A stretch of DNA of 53,116 nt, the filler included, from Barthelona sp. PAP020 (Eukaryota), in the NCBI GenBank assembly GCA_040182905.1. It is 2 parts of 2 records of this genome, joined end to end, with 100 filler letters (N's around TTAATTAATTAA, not from the genome) between each part and the next. Parts side by side here need not be neighbours in the genome. Positions count along the whole stretch, not along the records: positions 1 to 26,544 come from JARQWU010000137.1; 1 more part is not named here. One strand, written 5' to 3'. Below are positions 1 through 10,201 of the stretch, piece after piece. The notes below the pieces were generated by a model. It was not told the DNA's origin, searched no databases, and saw only the letters and a program-made list of their open reading frames with translations. Position 1 is the stretch's first letter; every line of letters starts with the position of its first letter. The position numbers and the translations under genes are program-made.

Positions 1-51
1 ATCAATTCAAAAGAATACCAATTAATTGACCAAAATCAAGAGCTCCAATAG
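1..51 (+). CDS. possible 3' end of an upstream CDS (partial)
   Basis: Frame 1 reads INSKEYQLIDQNQELQ-TAG and is followed by AT-rich UTR-like sequence. Confidence 0.25.
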   Translation: MNSKEYQLIDQNQELQ

Positions 52-297
52 TATTTTGAATGCCTTGATTTCCATATGCAATTTGACTGTCTGACATTTA
101 GAAAAAAAAACAAAAAAAAGAAAATTGTGTAATTTTGTTTATATCTCTTCAATTTAAAAAGAAAGTTATCAAATACTCCTATTTGATAATTTATAATATG
201 TGTTTTCAATAAAAATTTTGAAAATGAACAGTTTTTTGGAATCAAAGTTTAATAATAAACTTTACAAAGAACTATAATAATAAGAAAATATAAACAT

Positions 298-1176
298 TTA
301 TTGTTTCAAACAAAAAAGTTGGGTGAAATAAATCATCCCCTCATGAGAATAACTGGCCACAGCAGAATGACTGGCATTCGACAACATGTTCTGACGATGT
401 CCGGGAGAATTCTTCCATCCTTCTACAGCTACTTTTGCATTATCTCCCATATTCAAAGAATTATAAGCAACATTTTCTGAAACTGAATAAGTTGCATAAG
501 GAACAGCTTGTGACCTTTTTTGAAACCCTTGATGTCCAAAAGGAACTTTACCAGTAGCCATATCACGTGAATGCTCTTGTGCAATTTCATAAAGTTTTGG
601 ACAAAATGCAAGAGACGACTTACCATTGCTTTTTCTGAATTGATTTGTCAAATCAAATGCACGTAAATCTGTGGCTTCTGCTGAATTGTTGTCAATTTTA
701 TATTTCATTCGCATTTTGTCTTCATACCGTTTCATTTTCCATTCTTCCTCAATTTTTTGATTGTTTGAAGCAATCGTATGAACTTTGTTTGATTGCTTTC
801 TCCTGGCCAATTTCTTCTGTCTGTTTTGGATTTGATCCCACTGATCTTGTACTGTCTGTTTTTTAACAGCCTCACCAACTGGATTTAAACCTTTACAAAG
901 ATTATCATTCAATTTTTTCTGAATCAATGTCATTTGAGAGTTAATTGAATTCTGTTGCAATGTTTCTGGTGTTCGTTTCTTTTTCGTGATTTTTAATTTA
1001 TATTTTGGATTCTCTGGTACAATAATTATCGGTTCAATGGGTGCAACTTTACGTTTTGGTGAAGAAAGTAAACGATTTGAAAAATCTTCAATAGTCTCTT
1101 TTGTTTTTTGTTTTATTTTAGTATTGGATGGAAGTTTTAGAGTTAATTTTGGTTTAACCTTTTCTTTTTCATTCAT
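298..1176 (-). CDS. CAP/SCP-domain protein (YkwD-like C-terminal domain) with a Lys-rich N-terminus
   Basis: Motifs LTNQFR...L..IAQEHSRDMA...FGHQGF..R, ENVAYN, VEGWKNSPGHRQNML and YFTQLF. First ATG at 1176; the ORF-track start at 1197 is TTG. Confidence 0.85.
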   Translation of the reverse strand: MNEKEKVKPKLTLKLPSNTKIKQKTKETIEDFSNRLLSSPKRKVAPIEPIIIVPENPKYKLKITKKKRTPETLQQNSINSQMTLIQKKLNDNLCKGLNPVGEAVKKQTVQDQWDQIQNRQKKLARRKQSNKVHTIASNNQKIEEEWKMKRYEDKMRMKYKIDNNSAEATDLRAFDLTNQFRKSNGKSSLAFCPKLYEIAQEHSRDMATGKVPFGHQGFQKRSQAVPYATYSVSENVAYNSLNMGDNAKVAVEGWKNSPGHRQNMLSNASHSAVASYSHEGMIYFTQLFCLKQ

Positions 1177-1253
1177 AAATTGGAAAAATAGTGACAAAAA
1201 AAATTTTCTAAACCATTTAACAACACATCACCAGAAATAAAAAATAACGAACT

Positions 1254-1670
1254 TTATGAAGAATCATTAGATATATAATGTTGTACAAAATCCATAAATT
1301 TGGGGGAGGTAACAACAGAATCCAAGGTAGAAAAAGAATTCAAACAATAACAAACATAATTTTCATACAACTCCACAAAAAGATTGTGAACTTCTTTTTC
1401 ATTATAGTCTTCTGTAGCATCAACAATCAAAATAATTTTGGTTTCTGTTATTGTGACAAAACCAAAAATTTCAACTGATTCATTTGAATAAAGATTTTCA
1501 AAATGTGATTGTTTCGTATTTCTATCATCTAATTGGGCGGAAGATAATTTTTCTTCCAAAAAATCAATGGAAGTATGAACAAGTACATGAAAATTTAGTT
1601 CTGGATGTCTAGCTGCAATTAATAATGGTGCATTTTGTGAGTCAAGAAAAGCAACACATGCTACTTTCAT
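1254..1670 (-). CDS. TRAPPC2L: TRAPP complex subunit 2-like (sedlin/longin family)
   Basis: MKVACVAFLDSQNAPLLI, NFHVLVHTSIDFLEEK, IFGFVTITETKIILIV and SPKF match the TRAPPC2L pattern. Start placed at MKVAC (1670). Confidence 0.8.
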   Translation of the reverse strand: MKVACVAFLDSQNAPLLIAARHPELNFHVLVHTSIDFLEEKLSSAQLDDRNTKQSHFENLYSNESVEIFGFVTITETKIILIVDATEDYNEKEVHNLFVELYENYVCYCLNSFSTLDSVVTSPKFMDFVQHYISNDSS

Positions 1671-1743
1671 GAAGAATTTAGTACTAAAATAAAAATATGG
1701 AAAAAATATCAAACCCATTTTTATTTGTATTGGGAGGTTAAAA

Positions 1744-3822
1744 ATGCAAACTATTCTTCAAGATTTATTTGAACCATATAATAATTATATTGATTCGGAT
1801 TATATTGAATATATAGCTGAAACTTTAGAAACTGGTGTTTTTATCACACCTTCTGATGTTTTTGACGAAATCTCACCATTTCTAGTTGATACTGAACTTG
1901 TTGATGAAGAAAGATGTCGAGAAATTAGTTCATATTTGTTGAAATCAATGAAAAAATTATCGGTTGGACAAGAAAACAAAGTTCAAGAATTAGAGATAAT
2001 CACTTCAATGAATCAAATAGTTGACGATATCAAAGAGTCTCAAACTTTCCATAATCCTTTAAAGAATTTTAGAAATGCAACAGATATGATTATTGAGTTA
2101 GAACAAGCTAGAATGGCTTATAAACGTTCCAAACGTACTGGTATTGTAACTGATGAAAATGCTAATATTGATCTTGGTGGTATTTTGAATATCACTTGGG
2201 ATGGAAGCAAATTTGATTCTAATGGTTTACTTTTAACAAAGCTTTGTATGGGTTTTGGAACAAATCTTTTAATTAATGAGACAAATATTCAATTATTACA
2301 AGGAAACAAATATTGTTTAGTTGGAAGAAATGGTGTTGGTAAATCAACCTTTTTGGATGCGTTTGCTAGCGGTAAACTTGGATTTAAGCCTGGAAATTCT
2401 GTTCATTATTTGCGTCAAGAGGCTCCAGCAACTGGATTATCTCCTTTGGACACTTTACTATCATTGCACAATGATTTTGGTCCATTACTAGCAAAACTCA
2501 TGGTTTTACCTGATGAAGATAGTTTTATTGATGAAAGAATCGCTATTGAATCTGAATTGGAAACTTATGGATTCTCTAGGTATGTTAATGAAGCGAAACG
2601 TGTTTTGAATGGATTAGGATTCACAGAACATCATTTGTCTCTTCAAACAAAGGAATTGTCGGGAGGTTGGAGAATGAGACTAGCAATCGCCAATACGTTA
2701 CTTGCCGAACCCGAATGGATATTGGCTGATGAAATCACAAATCATTTAGATTTAGAAGCCATCATATGGTTAAAAAATTATTTGAAATCTTTTACTGGTA
2801 CCATTGTGTTGGTATCTCATGATCGTTATTTTATGGATGCTATTGGAACACATGTTATTTATTTAGATCATCAAAAATTGTCCTTCACCATATATAGGGG
2901 TAATTTTGAAGCATTTTCAAAACAATTAAGAAGTCAACGTGAAAGACAACATCGAGAATTTTTAGTACAGCAAAAGAAGATTGACCATATGCAGTCTTTT
3001 GTTGATCGTTTCCGATTTAAAACAAAAACAGCAAAAATGGCTCAATCAAGAATCAAAGCAATTGAAAAGATTGAATTAATCGAGGATGTTTCTTCTGATA
3101 ATTCATTCAGTTTTAGATTTCCTCCTGTTTCTGAATTACGTTCTCCTTTGATCAGATGTGACAATGTTAAGTTTTCCTACAATCAAAAAATTGGTAATAT
3201 TCTTGAATCTATCAATTTGATTATCAACACTGAAAGCAGAATTGCTTTAGTTGGTGGTAATGGTTCAGGTAAATCTACTTTGTTAAAATTGTTGAATGAT
3301 GATATTTATCCCGATGATGGATTCATCATTAAACCATCAAGTAAATTAAACATTGCCCACTTTACCCAACATCATGTTGATTTGTTAGACCTTGATCAAA
3401 CTGCTTTCAATATTTTAAAGAATGCCAATCCCAAGGATTCAGAATTTACAATTCGTTCACATCTTGGTTCTTTTGGTGTTACGAGTGATTTAATCAACAG
3501 ACCTATTTGTACACTTTCTGGTGGACAAAAATCTAGAGTCAGTTTAGCTACTTTAACTTACAAAAATCACCCTCATTTACTGTTGTTAGATGAACCTACA
3601 AATCACTTAGATTTAGATACCAGAGTTGCTTTGATTGAAGCCGTAAATTTGTATCAAGGTGCCATCATTTGTGTTTCTCATGATAGAAATTTTTTGGAAT
3701 CAACTTGTGATGAATTATTTATTTGTGAAAACAAAAGAATTTCCAAATTTGATGGAGATTTCAAGGATTATGAAGATTTCATCTCAAGAAATAGATCTGG
3801 TAATTTGATTGATAATTTATAA
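1744..3822 (+). CDS. ABCF3: ABC-F family ATPase (ABCF3/GCN20-like)
   Basis: Two NBDs (GRNGVGKST / LSGGWRMR / DEITNHLD and GGNGSGKST / LSGGQKSR / LDEPTNHLD), no TM domain, AQSRIKAIEK linker, N-terminal ID...YI motif. Confidence 0.9.
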   Translation: MQTILQDLFEPYNNYIDSDYIEYIAETLETGVFITPSDVFDEISPFLVDTELVDEERCREISSYLLKSMKKLSVGQENKVQELEIITSMNQIVDDIKESQTFHNPLKNFRNATDMIIELEQARMAYKRSKRTGIVTDENANIDLGGILNITWDGSKFDSNGLLLTKLCMGFGTNLLINETNIQLLQGNKYCLVGRNGVGKSTFLDAFASGKLGFKPGNSVHYLRQEAPATGLSPLDTLLSLHNDFGPLLAKLMVLPDEDSFIDERIAIESELETYGFSRYVNEAKRVLNGLGFTEHHLSLQTKELSGGWRMRLAIANTLLAEPEWILADEITNHLDLEAIIWLKNYLKSFTGTIVLVSHDRYFMDAIGTHVIYLDHQKLSFTIYRGNFEAFSKQLRSQRERQHREFLVQQKKIDHMQSFVDRFRFKTKTAKMAQSRIKAIEKIELIEDVSSDNSFSFRFPPVSELRSPLIRCDNVKFSYNQKIGNILESINLIINTESRIALVGGNGSGKSTLLKLLNDDIYPDDGFIIKPSSKLNIAHFTQHHVDLLDLDQTAFNILKNANPKDSEFTIRSHLGSFGVTSDLINRPICTLSGGQKSRVSLATLTYKNHPHLLLLDEPTNHLDLDTRVALIEAVNLYQGAIICVSHDRNFLESTCDELFICENKRISKFDGDFKDYEDFISRNRSGNLIDNL

Positions 3823-4245
3823 GGATTTTTTTTAGTATAGTTAAGATTAATTTTTTTTGCGGTTAAACAAATGCACATTTCATAAAAGAATGAAAAGAAA
3901 AAAATTTTTTTTTTATTGGTTTCCTTATTGAAATGAAAATTGTTCTCCTGCAGCTTTTTATCAATTAAATCAATATTAAAAGACTTGATAGTCAATGAAA
4001 CTCCTCAATACAGAAGAAAAAGAAATGAAAGTTCAACATAAATTTTTCTTCTCATAATCCCAATTCATTTATCATTTTAAATTTCACAAATGTTTCAAAA
4101 TGTTTCAAATAAAAGAAAGACAAAAAGAATAAATTATTTATTTAAAAAAATTTCAGTTCTTCAAAATAAACTCAAATTAAACAGATATATGACAAAATAG
4201 AAAGTACAAACCACATATAATATACACAATAAAAAGAATACATTC

Positions 4246-7200
4246 TTAAAGATCCATGGCTTCAAAAGTATCATGCTGTTCAAGATTTGCTTTAGCAAAT
4301 ATTATTGAATAAACACAAAAACCTGCTTGAAAAATAACAACGATTAACATAAACACTTCAAAGACAGCAGCTATAGCACTGTTCATGTAAGGTAAAAAGG
4401 AATCACATGCCAATAAAGTTGACAAAATGATAAAATGTTTTCTAATCAATTTGTTCAACCAAATATCATTGAAAATATTTTTGGTATCAGAAACGAAAGC
4501 GATAACAATCCAAATGAGTCTAAAAATAGAAAACAACAAGAAATTATCAAATTGCATTTCGGTTAACAAAACCAAAATGACACGAGGAATGATTAAAACG
4601 AAAAAGATCATTTTTCGACTTCTTGAAGGTATTTCACTTAAAATGAGTAATTTCTTATGTCTACGATATAAAACAAAAACGTAACCAAGTACAATGACTA
4701 AAATGAAGCCTACAAATAAATATGAGAATGAGTCCATATCTTCATTTGGATCAACAAATTGCTTTGGAACTCCATCAATAAATATTGTAAAAGAAACACC
4801 AAATAAATAGGTTGTGATAGTTGGCAAACAAAAAATAAATATATAATGAAGCAAATGATCGTTCTTTTCAACAGCTCTATCATAAATAAATGCAATCAAA
4901 TGTAAACAAGAGAAAAAAACCATAACAACAACAAATATTGTATCAAATACCATTTCTTTGTAAAAACTAGAAGTAAGACATGCTAACAAAGATACAGGAC
5001 TCAAAATATCCTTAATAAATGGTACAATAGCCAATACTGTTTCTGATTTAGTTACGGTTGTGAAAAATCTTATTGATAATTGAAAGAACATAATTGATAT
5101 CAACCAAACAGGATCTTCCAATGCAAATGGATGATATTGATGACATATGTACAACAACAATAACAATACAACTAAGGTAGCTATTTGTAATGACTCGTAA
5201 TCTTTACATTCTCTACAGCCACCAAATGGCAATTTGACAACATCCAATATTTCTTGATGACAATAAGAACAAAGTGCACCAGTGTATAATGAATCGCAAA
5301 TGTTGTCAATATCATGTTGTTTTGACACCAAACCACCATAGCACACACCGTGTCTTGAACAACTTCCTGGAATAACTTCTGTTTCAGTGAAGAAGGGATA
5401 TAATCCTTCAGGTACTGATATTTGCTCTGTTAAACATAATAACGGTGTAGCACAACGTTGACAAGTGGAAGTTGAATCAAATTCATAATCGCTTAACCGA
5501 GTAGATCCAGAAGCACAAGGCAAACATTTATGTTGAACCGTTGATATGTTGTAATCGAAATATCCTGGAGCACATTGTTCCATATTAATGGTTAGGTTAT
5601 CCCAAATCAAATTGTGCTTTTCAGTAAGTTTTTCCAATCCGCTTGGAATTTCAACACTCAAAACAACGCTTATGTCTGGTGAAGCTTCCAAAGCAAATCC
5701 TGGAAAAACGAGATGATCATTGGCATACAAAGACGTGACTTGAGGTTGTAAAACTTCATTGATTAATACACCTTGTTTTGTTCTAGCAAGCAATTTACCT
5801 TCAAAAACATCTGCTAATCCTTCAAAAATCACATACTTTGGATAAGGAAAAGAATGACCGTTGTAATCTAAAAAGTTAACTTTCACATTATATAAAACAT
5901 CAGATGGTCTTGCATGAGATTCACCAACCATTTTAATTTTCCAAGGTAATCCAATCAAATCATCACCAGAAGGTGCTTGATTGCCTTCAAAAACAACTTG
6001 ATTACTCTGAATTGGTTCTGTTAATACAGAATCAATAAAAAGGCCACCTCCACATAATGTCGCTTTACAATTAGTAATTTTCAATTTTATACTGAAATTA
6101 TCGATAAAATTAAGGTTAGTGGTGTTACGTATGGTTAATGCTCCTCCAATAGCAGCAGTATTTGAATCAAATTCAATATTTATGATGTTTTCAATATAAG
6201 GAACATCAATAAACATAAATTGATAAATAGAAATACATCCAGCAAAGGTATCAGCCTTGTTATCATTTCCAATTATCGTAATAGGATGAATAATATCTGA
6301 GAAAATAATATTACCATAAACTTTAAAACCTCCACCACTTTTATTAGCATGGTTCGAATCCATTTTAATTCTTGCATCATTCTCAATGGTTTTTAGATAC
6401 AGATCTCCATATAATCTCATTACACCATTCTTAGCCTTGCAAGATCTAAAATAGAACTTTGATGAATCAAATATCGAATATTCAGTGGATTGATATTTGT
6501 ATAACCAACAACATGCATTCTCACTAGTTACATGATCCACATTGACACTGCTCAATCCTGTGATTTTTACGTTCCCTCCGACTTCCATGAATGAATTCTT
6601 AAACTTTGAATTTGCTAAATATATCAAAGATTGATCACTCATTTCAAAATCTTCAGTAACTTCTATTATTGATTTGAAATGCTCTGAACCAACAACGTTT
6701 ATTGTTGAATTGGTGATATTTAATGTTGTAAATGTAAATACACTGACCTTTTCATTACCTTCCACATCAATAATCTTGAGATATGAATCATCTTTCATTT
6801 TAAATTCCTTTGCAAACAAAGGGAATTCTGCTTCAAACTTTGAGTTTTGAGTAATTAATAAAGAACTACGTGACATTTGAAATTGTCCAAAAGATGATGG
6901 TCCATAAGTACTCACTTCAACCTTAGAATTTACAATTTCCAAAGTTGAATCAATAAAACTAGTTCTTTCAGCTTGTACAGCAAAATATATAGCTGTATCG
7001 ACTTTTAAATGGCATTTATATAAAGTAAAAATATCTAAAACTTGTAATTTAAGTTTATGAAACTCAAAATCAATGTTTCTAAAGGCGCCAAGAGCTTTCA
7101 TCTTAAAGTGAATGTTCTTGATATCACTAGCCCAATAAACCAGCAAACAATCCAATCTACACTCAAAAGGAGTAACCAAACTATTAAAATTTCGATATTT

Positions 7201-8673
7201 ATCAACAACACCGGTAGAATCATCACGATAACTCATATCATACAGTTGATAAGACATGATGGCCTTGTGGAAAGAAAATATTGTAGAATATGGATTCTTA
7301 TTTAAGTAGCTGTTCATAATCGTTATGTTTTTATATGTCAAGTGCTCACTAGTATCAACAATTAAGAATTGAGGTGATGTAAGAAAAACACATTCAATGA
7401 GAGTAAAATTTAACTGTAATTTGGATAAAGAAATTAAAAACATAATTTCTGCATCTTCATTAGGAGGTGCACTATCCATTCTATTCATTAAACAACCAAC
7501 TAAATACAAAACACCATCAATTTCTCCATTAATTGAATCGTCAAACGTCAAAAAACTATCTGAATAAATTAAATCTCCCGATCTTTTCGTATTATAACTG
7601 AAATACAGATCAGTCTCGTTCATTAGCAATACAAATACAACATCATTACTGTATCTACTACCAACACGAATCAATTGACTTCCTTGTACAACCGAATTAT
7701 TGACTACAAAGAGAGTTTGTGTTACACCTATTTTGAAGAGGGTAGAATACTCACTATACGCCTTCAAAACACTATTATGTATAGAAATTGATAAATTTCC
7801 TTGAAAATCAGAGAGAATCATTGGTTCCTTTTCATAAAATGTATTGAAACCCTCCTTTGCCAGAGAAAAATTGCAATATTTAAATGTAACCTTCACAACA
7901 GAATCAACATCATCACTATCAAAGGAATTGACCTTGAAAGCAATCGATTTTACAAGAAAAGATGTTACGTTATGAAAATTTAATTCACCAACATTAGATT
8001 CAAGCAAAAAATCACCATCAAACGTGCTATTGGAAAAAGTTACAGTTGAACAAAGCAGCTCAAATAAAGTTTTGTGTTCCACGTTAAAATAACTATCTTT
8101 CACAACAAACGATTGACCTTCATAAACTCTGATAGCAGAATACTCTTGAAAAGTACAGTTATTCAAAATAGTGTATTCTTCGAACCGCAAAGCAATATAT
8201 GTCTCATTAAAAATACATCCATTAAAAGTTAAAGACCCATTTCGAAATCCTAGATATGATGAATAATACCCTCCATTTCCTGATAACACACCAACAAAGT
8301 GCAATCCTTGCCATGTGATTAAATTAGATTTGTTTCGACCATCTAAATAAATACGATTTGTTGATGACATAAGAATCTTGCATGATAAATCTCCATTGTA
8401 ACATTTAATTGTCGTTTGATTGACAAAACTAAATTTCTCTGACTCATAATCTTTCAAATCATATTTATCATTAAGAATAAAAATTTCACAAATTGAATCT
8501 TTCTCCTCAACACAACTGGTACTACCTTTGTATAAAGTTTTAAAAGGTTTCAATATGGTTCCATCATTAATATCATCACCATTTTCCGAATCAATATAAT
8601 ATTGTTCACAAAGAATATTGGAGATTAAAATCAATAAGATAAATATTAATTTTAGCTTAAAATATCCATTCAT
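4246..8673 (-). CDS. large surface protein: signal peptide, beta-helix/Pmp-like ectodomain, Cys-rich region, multi-TM C-terminus
   Basis: Hydrophobic N-terminus; YYIDSENGDDINDGTILKPFKTL (DUF1565-like); N.A..GG repeats (SNHANKSGGG, SNTAAIGGAL, ATLCGGGL); C..G Cys-rich module; about 7-9 hydrophobic segments. Confidence 0.75.
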   Translation of the reverse strand: MNGYFKLKLIFILLILISNILCEQYYIDSENGDDINDGTILKPFKTLYKGSTSCVEEKDSICEIFILNDKYDLKDYESEKFSFVNQTTIKCYNGDLSCKILMSSTNRIYLDGRNKSNLITWQGLHFVGVLSGNGGYYSSYLGFRNGSLTFNGCIFNETYIALRFEEYTILNNCTFQEYSAIRVYEGQSFVVKDSYFNVEHKTLFELLCSTVTFSNSTFDGDFLLESNVGELNFHNVTSFLVKSIAFKVNSFDSDDVDSVVKVTFKYCNFSLAKEGFNTFYEKEPMILSDFQGNLSISIHNSVLKAYSEYSTLFKIGVTQTLFVVNNSVVQGSQLIRVGSRYSNDVVFVLLMNETDLYFSYNTKRSGDLIYSDSFLTFDDSINGEIDGVLYLVGCLMNRMDSAPPNEDAEIMFLISLSKLQLNFTLIECVFLTSPQFLIVDTSEHLTYKNITIMNSYLNKNPYSTIFSFHKAIMSYQLYDMSYRDDSTGVVDKYRNFNSLVTPFECRLDCLLVYWASDIKNIHFKMKALGAFRNIDFEFHKLKLQVLDIFTLYKCHLKVDTAIYFAVQAERTSFIDSTLEIVNSKVEVSTYGPSSFGQFQMSRSSLLITQNSKFEAEFPLFAKEFKMKDDSYLKIIDVEGNEKVSVFTFTTLNITNSTINVVGSEHFKSIIEVTEDFEMSDQSLIYLANSKFKNSFMEVGGNVKITGLSSVNVDHVTSENACCWLYKYQSTEYSIFDSSKFYFRSCKAKNGVMRLYGDLYLKTIENDARIKMDSNHANKSGGGFKVYGNIIFSDIIHPITIIGNDNKADTFAGCISIYQFMFIDVPYIENIINIEFDSNTAAIGGALTIRNTTNLNFIDNFSIKLKITNCKATLCGGGLFIDSVLTEPIQSNQVVFEGNQAPSGDDLIGLPWKIKMVGESHARPSDVLYNVKVNFLDYNGHSFPYPKYVIFEGLADVFEGKLLARTKQGVLINEVLQPQVTSLYANDHLVFPGFALEASPDISVVLSVEIPSGLEKLTEKHNLIWDNLTINMEQCAPGYFDYNISTVQHKCLPCASGSTRLSDYEFDSTSTCQRCATPLLCLTEQISVPEGLYPFFTETEVIPGSCSRHGVCYGGLVSKQHDIDNICDSLYTGALCSYCHQEILDVVKLPFGGCRECKDYESLQIATLVVLLLLLYICHQYHPFALEDPVWLISIMFFQLSIRFFTTVTKSETVLAIVPFIKDILSPVSLLACLTSSFYKEMVFDTIFVVVMVFFSCLHLIAFIYDRAVEKNDHLLHYIFIFCLPTITTYLFGVSFTIFIDGVPKQFVDPNEDMDSFSYLFVGFILVIVLGYVFVLYRRHKKLLILSEIPSRSRKMIFFVLIIPRVILVLLTEMQFDNFLLFSIFRLIWIVIAFVSDTKNIFNDIWLNKLIRKHFIILSTLLACDSFLPYMNSAIAAVFEVFMLIVVIFQAGFCVYSIIFAKANLEQHDTFEAMDL

Positions 8674-8848
8674 AATATTCTATATGCTCAATTTTAAAAA
8701 TTTTTCGTTGTTTCGAAGAAAAAAAACGCGATTTATTAACTTTTTTTTTCCATGTACTGACAATCAAATGGACAAATAAACAAAACAAACGAATAATTAA
8801 ATAAATAAACAACTAAATAATAAATAGAAAATATTTATACACAACTAT

Positions 8849-9757
8849 CTAGTGACCAACAATTGGATCCAATTGAATTTCACAAAAAATGCAATTTAAT
8901 TCAACTTTTAGATTATTATTATCCCCTATAAATGAATAAAGTAGATATTCACACCTTTCCAATTCTTCTTTAGTGCCAGATTGATAAAACATCTGATAAA
9001 AATCAATTCCACTAAATGCACAATCTTTTTGTAGTGCAACACTTGAAGATTTTCCCAATAAATATGTGCATTTATTGAAAAAAGCATCGAAAGCATTGCA
9101 TTCTGCATTTATAATATATGCCTCTTTGAATAATTGTTTTCTAATCAAAGGAATAATAAAAAAATGCCCCAATTCCTTCAAATATGTTGTTAAAATATTA
9201 GAATTCTTCAATGACTCATATACAGCAAATAAAAACAGGTCTCCAAGAGTTAAATCAGTTTCTGGATCAATATAACTGATCATTGATGTTTGTTGTTGAA
9301 GTTTAACCAAAGAAAATTCCAAATTTTCATTGTTGGTGATGGTTTGAAATTTGGTCAATAGTAAATTCTCAATTTCTTTATTTAAACTATTTCTATTTAA
9401 CAATTCACGCATCAAAAGCAAACAACAAGCATGAACAACACTTGATTCTTTGTCAAATGAATTAATAAATATGTTTTTAATTAAATTTTCAATAAAAACC
9501 GGTTCATCTAAATAAAAATTAGCACAAAGAGTGACCATCTTTGTTTGTCTTTGCTCTATCAAAAAAGACTTCTGAGTAGGATCCATCATTATTAACATTT
9601 GTAAATCAGGAGACATATAAGACAGAACCTTTTCCAGTTTGTCAATTGATTCGAATATTTGCCTAAATACTTCCATACATTCAGTGGCAGTGGCAGTTTT
9701 ACGACCAGGGTTCATAAAAAAATGAACTTTGGCTTCGAGTTCTACTAATAAATCCAT
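8849..9757 (-). CDS. hypothetical helical protein
   Basis: 302-aa ATG-initiated ORF, far too long to be chance in AT-rich DNA; no recognisable motif. Confidence 0.65.
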   Translation of the reverse strand: MDLLVELEAKVHFFMNPGRKTATATECMEVFRQIFESIDKLEKVLSYMSPDLQMLIMMDPTQKSFLIEQRQTKMVTLCANFYLDEPVFIENLIKNIFINSFDKESSVVHACCLLLMRELLNRNSLNKEIENLLLTKFQTITNNENLEFSLVKLQQQTSMISYIDPETDLTLGDLFLFAVYESLKNSNILTTYLKELGHFFIIPLIRKQLFKEAYIINAECNAFDAFFNKCTYLLGKSSSVALQKDCAFSGIDFYQMFYQSGTKEELERCEYLLYSFIGDNNNLKVELNCIFCEIQLDPIVGH

Positions 9758-10201
9758 GATTTCGCTGTAATAAAATAAATTCTATGAAAAAAAAAAATTG
9801 GATTTAGAATTTTCCTACATTCTCAGCTTTTGAGCCTATTAAATAAATATTCTTAATTTATTTATTATAAACAAAAAAATTTTCATTCAAAATGGGTTAA
9901 AAGACTCGCAACAAATTCTTCCAAAATTTTTGAAGTCAAAATCCTCAAACTCCTTGATTTTTTGTATCAAAAAAAAAAAAAATTTGAAAATAAGGAGCTA
10001 TTTTACATTTATACCACCAAAAGAATCAAAAAAACTAAATATATTTCTGGGTGTACCATTAATCTGAATTTCCTTTTTATTCATTGTGTCTTTGTATTCA
10101 TAAAAGAAAAAAAAAAATGAAAAGATGCCAAAAATGAAACAATTTTGGCTCAATTAATAGCTTCTTTTCCAAACATAACAATTTGCATCAACCTTAAATC
10201 T

